A DNA stretch of 63,190 nucleotides, the filler included, from Octopus bimaculoides (taxonomy: Eukaryota), in the NCBI RefSeq assembly GCF_001194135.2. It is 8 parts of 7 records of this genome, joined end to end, with 100 filler letters (N's around TTAATTAATTAA, not from the genome) between each part and the next. Parts side by side here need not be neighbours in the genome. Positions count along the whole stretch, not along the records: positions 42,873 to 61,246 come from NC_068981.1; positions 61,347 to 63,190 come from NC_069008.1; 6 more parts are not named here. The stretch is one strand, 5' to 3'. The position numbers were made by a program, and so were the translations under genes. Within the stretch, counting starts at the first letter, position 1. Each line of letters begins with the position of its first letter. Below are positions 49,288 through 62,925 of the stretch, piece by piece. The notes below the pieces were generated by a model, which was not told the DNA's origin, made no database searches, and saw only the letters and a list, made by a program, of their open reading frames with translations.

Positions 49288-50623
49288 CAGGGTGTTTCAA
49301 AAAGAATTTGATATCATTTGTGATGTAAATATCACAGAAACTGAATGGTCAAAGCAAATGAAACTAAACAGGCTTATTAACGTTGAGCAACATAAGATTT
49401 ATTCCGCCAAATTTGAATGAGAAATTCAAAGGTATGTGGATTCCTTGAATGATTTCACAAATGCTCAATACGTGCACCGCCTAAGACATGACACACATCA
49501 AGTCAGTAGTCCAGTTCCTCCCAAACACACTGCAGCATGTCTTGGGTAACAGTCTCTAGTGTGGCAGTGATTCTCTGCTTGAGTTCCTCTAGGTTTGCAG
49601 GAAGAAGGGTGACATCACCCTAGAGAAAAAAACTGCAAGGTGTCAGGTCATTGGCAGCCATTTCAACAGCACATTGTCTTCATCACCAGCACACCTGATC
49701 CATCTCCCTCACAGATTATCCTTGAGATAAGCCCACACAGTCAGCTTGAGCCCTGTCCTGTTGAAAAATGAAGTCTTCATGTTCATTTGCAAAGAGCACA
49801 TCCATTAGCCAGTTCTGAAGTATTTGCAGATAAACATCGCCAGTCACATCTCCCTCAAAGAAAATTGGGCCATGAAGGTGCTTCTTGGAGATGGCGCAGA
49901 ACACATTCACTTTTGGTGAGTTCCTCTCATGCTCAACTGTGACATGGGGATTTTCTCTGCCCCAAATGCGAACATCATATTTATTGACTTTATCATTCGT
50001 ATGAAATATGGCCTCATCACTAAAAACAAAACGTTCCTTGAACTCGGCTTCTTCAAGTTTCTCTTGGATATCAACACAGAATTGTTTGTGCTTTCGCTTG
50101 TCATCTGCCGTTATGGCCTGAACGAGCTGCAGCTTGTAGGGTTTCCTTAGCAAGTGTTCCTTCAGGACACGCCAAACTGTCATTTGAGGAATCTGGGTTT
50201 CCAGACTTGTTCTTCTTATGAACTTCTTGGGGCTTTGCAAGAGATTTTGGTAAACCTGCTCGACTATCTATTCCGATGTTAGTGGTTGTCCAGATCCTTT
50301 TGCTATGCACAGACAGCCTTCCTCTTTGAATTTTTTGTGCCATGTTCAAATCTGCATTACCGTTGGTGACTCTTTAGAGAACTCCCTCACAAATGCACAC
50401 TGCACAGTCTTGTTTGACTGTGTTTGAGCATACTCCAACACACAAAACATTTTTTCTCTTCCAGTGGATGCCATTTCTATACCTGAAAAGATAAACATAT
50501 CAAACATTAAACATAAATTCTTTATTTGTTTCTATACATGCTGTTAAAATTTGAAGTCATTTGAGCAAGAACTGGCAAAGTTATTAGATTACGAAATGAT
50601 ATCAAATTATTTGAAACACCCTG
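49288..50623 (-). mobile_element. Full-length 1336-bp Tc1/mariner-superfamily transposon (DUF4817-type N-terminal HTH), decayed transposase
   Basis: TIRs CAGGGTGTTTCAAAAAGAATTTGATATCATTT and AAATGATATCAAATTATTTGAAACACCCTG, flanked by TA on both sides (49286-49287, 50624-50625). The transposase starts at ATG 50474: MASTGREKMFCVLEYAQTQSNKTVQ..., FVFSDEAIFH...RIWGRENPH...SPKVNVFCAIS...FIFQQD. Confidence 0.93.
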
Positions 50624-52489
50624 TATATTGTGAGTCACTTTTCTTTTTTAGATATATCAGTTCTTTCAGTTCTTTGTCATTAATTGGGACTATATTATAT
50701 TATTTGTAAAGTTCATAAAACTCAATAAGTTCTTTCTAATAAGTTTTTTTGATTCCTTCTATGAATTTAATGCAACCATCCAGTTTTCACAGGTACTTAA
50801 TCTTAACTGCTCCACCTAGTCATCTGCTATTTTGCATGTATGAACTTCTTTTCAACATAATATACCAAATGACAGGGAGAAATTATTCAGTGGTGCTATC
50901 TTCATAAAGAAAAAATAGTTAAGTGCTCCACAAAGATACAGCTACAAAGAAAATAGCAAAACATGTCTGATTAATTTTGGTCAAGTAAGGCAGAGTTGAC
51001 TATTACAGAAATTAAATTAGTTAATTAATTAAAATTCAATGTGGACAAGCAATGGGGAGTTAGTCTTTGGAAAGTATAGTGACAATTCTAGACTCATTAA
51101 ACCTCATCAGTGAAGCACACCAGTACCAATACTGCCAGATCTGAAATGACTGAGAGCTATACATGTTTGAGAGCATAAACACGGAAATTAGACTCACTAC
51201 CACTACAAACTGCCATTCAATTTTAAATTGGTTTTAATTTCAGATTTATGTCCTTTACCTTTCTTGACTAAAATTAATTGTGAAGCTATTGTTTTTGTTT
51301 TTCCCCCATACAACTGTATTTTTAACTTTCCTAGCACTTTTCCCCAGTCGTTCTTCAAAGGTGCTACAACTATCAGTGTTTATTAACTCAAAATATAAGA
51401 CTGAAGCATGTATGGAGTTATCCACATAATTTGCCAAAGATCAAAACCATTTATTGCCTCATGCCCACAATATAATTTTCAATTAATTAAAATTTCAAAG
51501 TAGTTGCTTTTACCCTTCTGTATCAATGTAATAAATTAGAAACAATTATTTTGATTATTAGGCAAAATGCCCCAGATTATTGGAACGTGAAATCAGAGTG
51601 TTATGTTAATGCCCTTCTCAAGGACACGAACATTCTAAGAACAGTGACATTGGTAAAACCAAGAGATGAGATCAAGATGTTGGCTTGATTTACAAGAAGC
51701 TCTTAAAGTTTTTCAGTGCAGAATTATATATACCTTAAATTTAGTAGATGCTGCTGGCAATGTGTATTGTAAATAGATGTCATGTGTATATGTTATTGCT
51801 GACAGTGGTGATTATGTGTATGTCTATGATAAATATAAACAAAGAAGTATTAGCGTGTATATGATTTCATCAAGTACAACTGCTTTAAAAATGTCTGCTT
51901 CTAAGTACAGAAGAGAAAATGTTCATGAAGACAAATAAATGCTAACAATAGGGATAGGGGAATAGATTCCTTACTCTTACCCTCAGAAGTGCAAAGTAAA
52001 AAAAAAAAGAAAAAAATTACATGTTGTTTTAATTCTCATGGTGGAGGAAAAGTATGTATATGAAAGATGGAGGGCTGAGGAGAGAGTGGGTAACAGGAGG
52101 AGATTGGAAGCAATACTAAAAGAAGTTAAGTATATAGGTGCCAATCTGTCTAACTTAGTTACCCAATTTAGGGGGCTCCTCTGCCATTAAGGAGCTGATA
52201 AAATTGGAAAAAAATGAAAAGTATGTTTACTACAGTGGCCAAAGTTGCTTATACAACTCATATCAAACAACTGGAACAAAGAAGTGACCAATATAGCAGG
52301 CAAGTAGAAGCTGAACTGAGAAAGGGGGAAAGAGGGGAAGACAGAAAGATAGACAGATACACAGAGAGAGGGGGGAGAGAGAGAGAGTCTTCTAAGTATA
52401 CTAATAGAATACATATACTTCATTTTTCTTAGCATACTTCCATTTATCAGTAACTTTTATATTGGTTTCATAGATGAGTTGGGTGTGCA

Positions 52490-52975
52490 GAGGCAAATCA
52501 TCCATAGCAGAATGTGTAATGGTGATGTATGTATTGTAGAGTGTGTAGTGGTGTCATACACCACCATGTGTGTATATGTAGCAATAATGTATTTGTAGTA
52601 GGTGTATGTGTAATAGGTTGTATAGCATTATAATTATGTGAAGTAGCATATATAGAGATGTATTCATATGATGTAGTATGTGCAGTGGTACATATGTACT
52701 TGTGTGTGTGTGTAGTGGTGTATATATAGTTGTAGTGTGTGTTCTTGTGAACACAGTAGTGTGTGTAGTTAATGTATGATGCATGCATAGTAGAATGGGT
52801 GGTTGTATATATAGCAGTGTATATGTAGTACTTTGTGCAGCTGTGTGTATGAGATGGTGCAAATGTAGTTCAGACATAGTAGTAGTGTATGTATGGCAGT
52901 ATATGTAGTGATTGTATTTGGTTGTAGTAATGTATGTTGTGGTGTATATGTAGCAGTGTATGTGATGCCACATCA
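52490..52975. repeat. Degenerate TG/TAG-rich low-complexity tract
   Basis: Read directly; it explains the His/Thr/Tyr-rich ORFs. Confidence 0.8.
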
Positions 52976-53309
52976 ATGGTTTGCCTGCATCGTCTTTCTT
53001 GGTGGACTTCCACTATCTTTGTATCTAGTCTCTCATATAAACTTAACAACTCAACTGAAATAAGAATCTATTAAGCTTCATATGCAACAGCTCAGTCACC
53101 CATCCTACCTTACAATATACTCAGTTTTAACCTGTATTATATAAGTACAGAATTCAGAAATTTTATTACATCTTTGAGAAAAGAAATATGTATATCCTGT
53201 CATATGCTGGTTATGAAGAAAAAACAGATTCTACAAAGAAACATTACCTCTTCATTATAGTTAACTATAGACAGGAGATTGTAAACTATTTTGTGCATAC
53301 ATCACATAG

Positions 53310-53352
<43 letters not shown>

Positions 53353-53749
53353 TATAGTCCAATCTTAAAAGGAAAACAAAGCTGGAGGTAAATCATTTAT
53401 CTGGTTCTATATTATCAAAAAGTGAATAAATTGCATACTGTTCTCACATATCTATGATAAAGAGAAATACTGCTAGCTCTCCAATCATTCCTTTATCAAA
53501 TACAGACACAACAGCTTGTCATTGATTCATCTATACTTATACCACCATATGAATGACACTAACTCTTCAGGCATGTCTACATTGTATAGTAAATTGTCAA
53601 GCACTAGTATTAATCTTTTTACTGTTGATTAATATGGTTGACCAGTTGCAATCAGCTTCCACAAGACAGTAATAAACTGCAAAATATATTTTATAAGATT
53701 ACATGTTAAATGAATTCCACATTATTTTTCACTGCCGTTGTTTTTATTA

Positions 53750-54325
53750 TTATTACTACTACTAATATTGAGTGAGAGAGCAATGCATGCCATCAAAGTG
53801 ACACTGGAATACAAGCTCAATATACACGTTATGGCTACTTGTTTGATAAGGGTATATCAGGCACAAACATTACAACCATATGTATGTGACATGGTGATCT
53901 CATATCAAGATAAACAGCGTATGACCTTGCAGGTGGGCCTAGTTAGAATTTTCTTCAGGTCAAGTAGCCCATCCTACTCAAAAGGTCTCTGAATAAGGGT
54001 TGTTTAAGGATGATGAACAAAATACCGATTTTTCCAGAGCTGAATATTCAAACCCCAAAGAATTTCTTTCAACACATGACTATGATGCTCCCCCACTATT
54101 TCTGCTTGTGATCAGAGATGCACTTATCATCAACCACTAAGGGACATGCTCAACTGGTTATGGTCAAACAACTGTCAAGCAAATCTGTGATATTGAGCAG
54201 AATATTTGTTGTAGCCCATCTTTTTATACCAAGACAAAACATGCACATGATAACACTTCCAATCAGTTAAGATCAGAAGCCATGAGAGCCAGTGCCTGGT
54301 GGTATTAGTATTATTATTATTGTTA
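53750..54325 (-). mobile_element. (TAA)n-flanked interspersed repeat, longest copy
   Basis: Homologous to 36530-37060 and 2428-2662; TTA/TAA repeats occur at both ends. Confidence 0.85.
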
Positions 54326-54383
54326 TTAATCAATTAATTAGTGGCAAAGTTAGTTTACTAAAGATAAAATTTTCATTCTCATT

Positions 54384-55990
54384 CAGGGGTCATCAAACGT
54401 TTTTCACGGTGGGCCAGATAACTGAGAGAATGACGAGCATGGGCCACATAACCATTTTGTTCAATACAATACAGTGAATATACAAAAAATAAAGACAACC
54501 AACATATTTATTTACCAAAAAGTTATCAAAGGTGACATTAGCAATAAGATAGTTACATAACACCCTGTGTGCACATATCTGAATCTCACAAACTAAGCAG
54601 CAAAAGAAAAATGGTTAGAGAGATTTTTGAAACTGGTGTTTAGCTTTTAAGATATCATCATTATATGCTTTGGAATTGCTGCATCCAACCAAGAGAATTG
54701 CTTTCAAATGTTCATAAGTCAACCTTGTTCAATGTGCTGATCTCACATACTTGATTTTTGAAAATGTTTGTTCATAGACATAAGTTGTTCCAAACACTGA
54801 TGCCATACGAGAGGCAAATTTCTTCAGGTAGGCAGTGATAAAATTTTCTGTGCTTCTCTTTCAACAAGTCATTTGCTTGCAAATCAGTTAGCTCCAATAG
54901 TAGTTTGACTGCCATGTCATCAAGGTTACAATCAAACGGATTCTGGAACAGAAGAATGTTGCTCTCAATTCTATCAAGATCTGAAAATCTCTGAAAAAAC
55001 TGCATATTTAAGTTATGAATAATCTTCTTTGAAAACTCGAGGTTGACATCTTCAGTGAAATTCTTTGAAAAATTCTTTGAAACACTGAAAATAAGAGAAG
55101 TTTCCTCCTTCCAGTTGTGCTTCAAATAATGATAACTTTCTCCGAAATCCTTCGATGATTGTGTAGAGATTACAGATAAGGTTATCCTTTACGTGAAGTT
55201 TCAAGTTCAATTCATTCATGTGGGATGTGATGTCAACCAAAAATGATGACGTTGACAGCCAGGTAGGATCTGACAGAAGTGGATCAGCTCTATCCTTTTT
55301 GGTTAGGAAAATATCTATTTCTTTTCGGAGCTTATAAAATTAAACAAAACTTTACCGCTGCTGAGCCAACTCACTGTTGTGTAATAAGGCAAGTCACAGA
55401 ATTCAGAATTAATTTCTTCAAGAAAATCCTGGAACTGGTGGTGGTTAAGTGCATGACCCTGAATAAAGTTCACCGCAGAAACGACTGGTTTCAGTTTGCA
55501 AGAAATTCCTAAGTCTTCCCACAGAGTGCTTACTGATGTATAATGTAGGGTATAAACAGAGCACCTAGGAGTTGAAGATCTTCCAACTTAGTCTTGATCT
55601 ACTCCACCAGACCCTTCCTCACTCCAGCCATGTTTTCCCCTCCATTGACTGTAACACATTGAAGCTGATTCTACTGAAGTTTTCTGCACTTCCATGAAAA
55701 TTTCTTCTCCAGTTGTTGTTCCATACATGCTGTAAATGGATGCCAACTCTTCTGTGATCTGAAAATCCAAATTAACAGCACAAATGAACATGAGAAGTTG
55801 TGATGTACTTGAGAGATCAGTAGACTCATCCAGCATCAGAGAATACTACAAGAAATTCCTCGCTTTCTTGCATATCTGTAACACTATGTTCTCTCCAGGT
55901 TCTTCTGTTCCCTGCACAACTGAACTTGCTGAAAGGCTGATACTTCCAAACAAATCAGCTTTCTCCAGACACATACACTCTTCCATCATA
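54384..55990 (-). mobile_element. hAT transposon remnant, Buster/Charlie (GTF2IRD2/ZBED5-related) type; one TIR end retained
   Basis: LDESTDLSSTSQLLMFI..VNLDFQITEELAS...GTTTGEEIF and FLVDITSHMNELNLKL; terminal CAGGGGTCATCAAAC at 54384. Confidence 0.88.
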
Positions 55991-57079
55991 CACTCATTGA
56001 TGAAGTTACTTTATTATTTTAACCTTAAACTTCGTTCAAATTGTATTTTAAACGAAAAAAATTTGTTTAGTTGGTTTTTGTATATAATATACCTGTTAGA
56101 TTATTTTATAATGGATGTAGGGTTGATTATGGAATGTTTATTATTTTGATATTTTAATAATATTTTTTATATAATAAGTATTTTATATACATTCATTTGT
56201 TATTTATTGTTGGTTAATATATACATTCATTTATTATTATTGTTGTATTTTGACCTGAAGATTAGCTATATTTCGATAGTTTTAATGGATTTTAATCGAT
56301 TTAAATTTCTTTCTATTTGAAAATTGGTTATGAAACACGTGTAGTCATTTTATTATCTTGATCTTATGATATTTACTTTGTATTATATTATACTTATTTA
56401 TTGTGCTTTTAATTATTAATTTTTTCTATATGTGACAGTGGATTTTCATCGATGAGTTCATGAACCTTGGTTCTTTTCCCTAAAACTATATATTTATATA
56501 TATTTTATACTGTGAAAATTAATTTAATTTTAATTTTTAATAAATTGATTTTAATTGAGTTTTTACNNNNNNNNNNNNNNNNNNNNNNNNNNNNNNNNNN
56601 NNNNNNNNNNNNNNNNNNNNNNNNNNNNNNNNNNNNNNNNNNNNNNNNNNNNNNNNNNNNNNNNNNNNNNNNNNNNNNNNNNNNNNNNNNNNNNNNNNNN
56701 NNNNNNNNNNNNNNNNNNNNNNNNNNNNNNNNNNNNNNNNNNNNNNNNNNNNNNNNNNNNNNNNNNNNNNNNNNNNNNNNNNNNNNNNNNNNNNNNNNNN
56801 NNNNNNNNNNNNNNNNNNNNNNNNNNNNNNNNNNNNNNNNNNNNNNNNNNNNNNNNNNNNNNNNNNNNNNNNNNNNNNNNNNNNNNNNNNNNNNNNNNNN
56901 NNNNNNNNNNNNNNNNNNNNNNNNNNNTGAGGTCACAGAAGTGTGACGAAAGAACTCTGGCCGAAATAAGAGTAAGATTAAGATTAATGTAATATAAAGC
57001 TGAAAAAAAAAAAATTAACACCAAATATAGAGTGCGTGTGTTTTTATTGGCTAAACTGGCAATATGACCATCCCCAAGT

Positions 57080-57125
<46 letters not shown>

Positions 57126-57949
57126 AATGACTGACTTTCATTTCCCATCTACAAAATCCACCCATGAGTTTTGGTCAGCATGAAGCTATAGCAGAAGAGA
57201 CTTGTCCAAGGTGCTGTACAGAAGGACTAAACCTGAATCACATGATTGTGAAGTAAACACAACTATACTTGTAGCTATTTATTGTTTTTATATATTTTTT
57301 CTGCTTGTCACAGTATGTTATGCTTCAAAGAGAATCACAAATTAAAAATGCTTAATATTTCCCTTAGTTTGCAGGAAACGTGAAAGTATTTTCTGTAGTA
57401 AAAAAAAAAAAAGAAGAAAGAGTATTTTCCTGGGCTGAAATGATCTAATATTTATCTCACCATTTTCACCCAATGTATTAGTCTCTTTTATTTCCTAATG
57501 GCATGCTTGGATAGCATAATTTCATGGTGTGTATAGAAGAACAATGAACACAAGTTAAAAATAAGATGACAATGTAAGAATTCTATGGCTATTATCTTGC
57601 ACACACACATACATATGCATATAGGTGACTTCGAGTTTCTTAGAGAAAAGGCAAACTTGTTCATCAATATCCAGTTTATATCAAGGTTGAAGGGAGCTGT
57701 TTTCAGTTTGTAAGAAACTATCACTCAGAGCTGCAAGATGAACACTACAGTCAAAAAGGCAAGACTTTATATTATATTTATATAATAATATACAAATATA
57801 TATAACATACAAATTTATACAATAACTACGAACATTATTTAAATCCTTATTTTTCAATAGCTTGGGACCTGCTAGTTAATATTATTGGCAGAAAAATGTT
57901 AGAGTGTTGGACAAAATGTCACTACCCTAACCACAGCGACAGTGATGAT

Positions 57950-58745
57950 AATGATGGTTTCTGATTTAGGCATAAAGCCAGCACCTTTAAAGAGGGGGTG
58001 AGTGGGGCTTATTTGATAATAAAATTTCAGACTTTGTGCCTTTAGTAGAAAGGATTATTATCATTATTATTAGCAGTAGCAACAGCAGGGTAGTGGTGGT
58101 AGAAGATTGGCAGAATCATTTCTGTTTTTTTTTTATGTTTTGACTTCATATCCTGCTGAAGTCAGCATTGCCTTTCATCCCTCCAGGGTCAATAAAATAA
58201 AATAAAATAGAATACCATCAACTAGTGTTGATGGTATTGACTAGTACCCTCCCTCAAACTGCAGGCCTTGTTCTAGAGCTGACAGAATCCTTGGTGTATT
58301 AGGCAAAATGTTTAGTGGCATAACCTCTGGTCCTTTACATTCTGAGTTCAAATTATGCTGAGGGAGACTTTGCTTTACATCCTTTTGGGGGTCAATAAAA
58401 TAAATACCTGTTGACCACCGACGGGAGGGGATCAATGTAATTGACTATCTCCTTCCACTAAAATTGCTGACCTTGTGCCAAAACCTGAAACCATTATTAT
58501 TATTATTATTATTATTATCATCATCATCATCATTATCATAGTAGTAGATTGACAGAGTTGCTCAAATGTCAGAAAAGATATGTATTTTTTTCTTTCCCTT
58601 TTATTTTTTGGTCTGGTTCTTAGTTCAAATCTCACAGAGGTCAACTTTGTCTTTCATTCTTTTGGGGCTGATGAAATGAAGTACCAGTCCGGTACTAGGG
58701 TCAAATTAATTGAGTAATGCTCCATCAAAATTTAAGGCCTATGTC
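57950..58745 (+). mobile_element. Cluster of 3-4 diverged SINE family B copies
   Basis: Repeated GCCTTTCATCC...CAATAAAATAAGTACC bodies separated by ATT/ATC tails. Confidence 0.7.
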
Positions 58746-59234
58746 AGAAACACTTTTACTATTATTATTGTTGTTATTATATAACCATACCATTCAAACT
58801 ATGAAACTGTTCAATATGTAAAAACTACTGTTTAATTAAATGCTAGTGTATAGAGCCTAATATTACATGTGGATATATAAGACACTAGACTATTAAATCC
58901 ACAGAAAAGCAATAAAACCTCAGAAAGCTAATAAGGATTTGTAGTGGATGGGCAAAATATTTAAATATCAGGAAAAGATGAGATGTTTACTGATAGAGCA
59001 GAATACAAGATTGGAAATAGTGAGGGAATGAAAACAGAAATAGCAAAGATTAAGAGGATGGTAACAAAAAAAAAAACAAAAAAAAAGATGCCAATAGGAC
59101 AACAGTCAAAGAAAGGAGTTAATGCAGCAGAAACAGTAGCATATCTGAAAAAACGTGATGGCAAGGAGGTTAAGATCAGAAATAAATTAGAAGAAAAGGA
59201 ATACATATATAATCTTTTGTACTATAGGCATAAA

Positions 59235-59412
59235 ATCTAAAATTTTAAGGGAGGTGGGCAAGTTAATTACCTCAACCTCAGTGCTCAACTGATACTTATT
59301 TTATTGAACTTGACAAAATGACAAGTAAAGTTGATCAAGAAAGAATTTGAATTCAGAAAAAATGCCACTAAGCATCTTGTCCAGTGTACTAATAATCTTC
59401 CCAGCTTGCTAC
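59235..59412 (-). mobile_element. SINE family B, diverged
   Basis: Reverse complement of the family B consensus. Confidence 0.65.
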
Positions 59413-60985
59413 CTCTGAAATACAATATTTATTCCATATGTTAAAGATGAGGAAAATGAATAGGGTCTGCTGCGGTATTGTATATAGTGTAGTGTTACTG
59501 TCATGCTAAAAGAATAAGTTACTTTGGTTGTGGAGAAATGGTAGACATAGAACACAAGCTAAAGGATGAAGTTGCTTAGAAGGAAGGCAAAAACAAGAGG
59601 CATTCATTAATATTTATGGGCAAGAAAGTGTCTAATCTTAACTGAAATGTTTTCCCTATGTTTATGAATGAGTGTCAGGCTTTGGTGGAAGATGACTCCA
59701 CAAACAAGGATCTGGTTCAAAGATGGGGTCTGAAATCAATCTATGTGCTTGGAAATTGCTTGGGTGCTGTGAGTGATGAAAGGAGGTATTTGCTGAAATT
59801 TTCACTTAGACAATTGCTAGTTCCACGTTTTGTCATCTCCACTCTACCTCGACTTTAGTGCTCATAACTACAGTCATACAGTTGAGTACCACTTCTCTTC
59901 ACTGGATTCAACAAAAGAAGCTATACCCTTGTTATGTAAGACAAAATTTGAATTTTACTACATCTATTGCTGTAAAGAATTTTATGTGCTCAAAGCATGT
60001 CTTCATACACATTTTCTTCAGCATATACACATGGTGTACACACAGAAACATCTGATAAAGACACTGTTATGTTAAGAAAAACTTTCTACATTCCTTTCTT
60101 CTAGATGAAAACAGAAAAATCTTGATATTTATGGAGAATGGTGATTCATTGCATTTTTATGTCATGTTTAATTCTTTCCCATAAACTATATTAGTAAATA
60201 ATTTTAAATACAAGAGACAAAAAGAATGAAGATGCTCTAAATAATATGATTCTAATTCAACTGCAGCTCAAAACTATTTCATATACAACATTCAAATATA
60301 TGCTAAGCAATTCAACATAAATTACATAATCAATCAATGATGAAATTACTATATCCAACACTTTTAATAACTAAATTTATTACATTTCTTTTTATTAAGA
60401 AATATTGTAGACATTATATGATGGAACTGACATTTATGGAAACCCTTCTTTATATATAAACTAATTATTATAGAAATGAAATATCTTTTTACAACTGAGA
60501 TGGGTTAGCTGGGTACAAAATATTACAGCTGTAGTTTTATAATACCAACTAATTAACTGACAAATGCACCAAAGTTTATAGACAAATTGACTCAGGGGAT
60601 GTAGAAGAACAGTCAGTAAATCAGCACCTGAATCAATATCTGTAATTATTCTGACATCTCTCTCTCTTTCCCTTCCCTTTCAGAACTGGTACATAAGACT
60701 GTTTTCCTCTGAAGCCTTTAGAGTTTCATTAAAAGAAAAACTCAGTTACTAAAATATACTGTGTCTTAATAATTATAAATAGTAAATCTACAAAGAAAAT
60801 ATTTCATATTTTATTATTTAACAAATAAATGCTGTTCAAAGTTTAATATTTAACAAATTTTGCAGGCAAAATTTTGTTATTATAACAATAATCAAACATC
60901 AAAGTAAAGATACTTTAACCCTTTTGATACCAACCTGCCTGTGACTGCCCTTGGTCTCACGATATTAACTTTCTGTTTAAAGTAA

Positions 60986-61246
60986 TCTATATATATAAAA
61001 ATGAGAATGTGTGTCTGTCTGTCTGTCTGTCTGTGTGTTTCCCTAAAACTCGAGAACTACACAACCAATTTCATTCAAATTTTACACATGTCTTACTTAG
61101 GGTTCCGGTTGTGTTTTAGTCAAAAAAATTTTTTAACTTCTTGCATAGTTCGAGCCCAACACATGTCAAATACTTTCACTTTAAAAATGAAACTATTCCA
61201 CTAACTGAAACAATCACATTTCGATACTGTAATGACAGATACTTTC
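60986..61246 (+). mobile_element. 5' end of a non-autonomous Helitron with a (GTCT)n microsatellite, truncated by a gap
   Basis: A|TCTATATATATAAAAATGAGAATGTGTGTCTGTCTGTCTGTCTGTCTG...CCAATTTCATTCAAATTTT is typical of non-autonomous Helitron 5' ends. Confidence 0.65.
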
Positions 61247-61384
61247 NNNNNNNNNNNNNNNNNNNNNNNNNNNNNNNNNNNNNNNNNNNNTTAATTAATT
61301 AANNNNNNNNNNNNNNNNNNNNNNNNNNNNNNNNNNNNNNNNNNNNATAACGTTAAGCTGGTTTGCTGCGGTGGTTGTGTTAAC

Positions 61385-61615
61385 GAGGTTATTGGTTAAT
61401 AGTGGTGGGTGGGGGTGTTATGTTATGATGGTTTAACGGTGGTGGTAGGTATGATGGCGGTGGTGGTTGTAGTGCTTACGTGATGATGGTGTGGTGGTGA
61501 TAGTGATGGTGGTAGTGGTGTAGTGGTGGTAGTGGTTGTGATGGTGGTAGTAGTGGTGGTGGTAGTAGTGGTGGTGGTGGTGGTGGTGTAGTGGTGGTAG
61601 TGGTAGTGGTGGTGT
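61385..61615. repeat. (GGT/TAG)n low-complexity tract
   Basis: Read directly from the sequence. Confidence 0.9.
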
Positions 61616-61823
61616 GATCTGTGATCACTTAGATACCTGACGTGGGCGGGGGGTACACCGTGCCCCCGTTCAGGCATCGTCGATTTGATGGAGGGTGGGT
61701 GCTAATGCACAGCCCATGCATTTGATCACTCTAAGCAAAATCATTTTGTGCAGTTCGTTCAGCAGAATACTGCAGAACCGTCATTCAGGGACTACGAGAG
61801 ACAACCATTAAAAAAAAATATAC

Positions 61824-62090
61824 GAGTGGCTGTGTGGTAAGTAGCTTGCCTACGAACCACATGGTTCCGGGTTCAGTCCCACTGCGTGGCACCTTGGGCA
61901 ACTGTCTTCTACTATAGCCTCGGGCCAACCAAAGCCTTGTGAGTGGATTTGGTAGACGGAAACTGAAAGAAGCCCGTCGTATAAATGTGTGTGTTTGCGT
62001 GTATGTTTGAGTGTCTGTGTTTGCCTCTCCCCTCCACCGCTTGACAACTGGTGTTGTGTGTTTACGCCCCCGTAACTTAGCGGTTCGGCA
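61824..62090 (+). mobile_element. SINE family A (5' two-thirds)
   Basis: GAGTGGCTGTGTGGTAAGTAGCTTGCCTACGAACCACATGGTTCCGGGTTCAGTCCC head. Confidence 0.9.
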
Positions 62091-62149
62091 GACACTCAGA
62101 CATACACGCAAACACACACACACACACACACACTCTCTCACACATTTAT

Positions 62150-62305
62150 ACGACGGGCTTCTTTCAGTTTCCGTTTACCAAATCCTCTCACAAGGCTTTG
62201 GTCAGTCTGAGACTACAGTAGTAGACACTTGTCCAAGGTGCCACGCACGCAGTGGGACTGAACTCGGAACCATGTGGTTGGGAAGCTTCTTACTACACAG
62301 TCACG
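62150..62305 (-). mobile_element. SINE family A head, inverted relative to the 61824 copy
   Basis: ACGACGGGCTTCTTTCAGTTTCCG...GGAACCATGTGGTTGGGAAGC. Confidence 0.85.
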
Positions 62306-62316
62306 CACCCCCATAT

Positions 62317-62360
<44 letters not shown>

Positions 62361-62925
62361 GGAGAAAGGGAGAAAGANNNNNNNNNNNNNNNNNNNNNNN
62401 NNNNNNNNNNNNNNNNNNNNNNNNNNNNNNNNNNNNNNNNNNNNNNNNNNNNNNNNNNNNNNNNNNNNNNNNNNNNNNNNNNNNNNNNNNNNNNNNNNNN
62501 NNNNNNNNNNNNNNNNNNNNNNNNNNNNNNNNNNNNNNNNNNNNNNNNNNNNNNNNNNNNNNNNNNNNNNNNNNNNNNNNNNNNNNNNNNNNNNNNNNNN
62601 NNNNNNNNNNNNNNNNNNNNNNNNNNNNNNNNNNNNNNNNNNNNNNNNNNNNNNNNNNNNNNNNNNNNNNNNNNNNNNNNNNNNNNNNNNNNNNNNNNNN
62701 NNNNNNNNNNNNNNNNNNNNNNNNNNNNNNNNNNNNNNNNNNNNNNNNNNNNNNNNNNNNNNNNNNNNNNNNNNNNNNNNNNNNNNNNNNNNNNNNNNNN
62801 NNNNNNNNNNNNNNNNNNNNNNNNNNNNNNNNNNNNNNNNNNNNNNNNNNNNNNNNNNNNNNNNNNNNNNNNNNNNNNNNNNNNNNNNNNNNNNNNNNNN
62901 NNNNNNNNNNNNNNNNNNNNNNNNN

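Noticed and set aside
52498-52976. His/Thr/Tyr-rich ORFs
   Set aside because: They are translations of a degenerate TG/TAG low-complexity tract.
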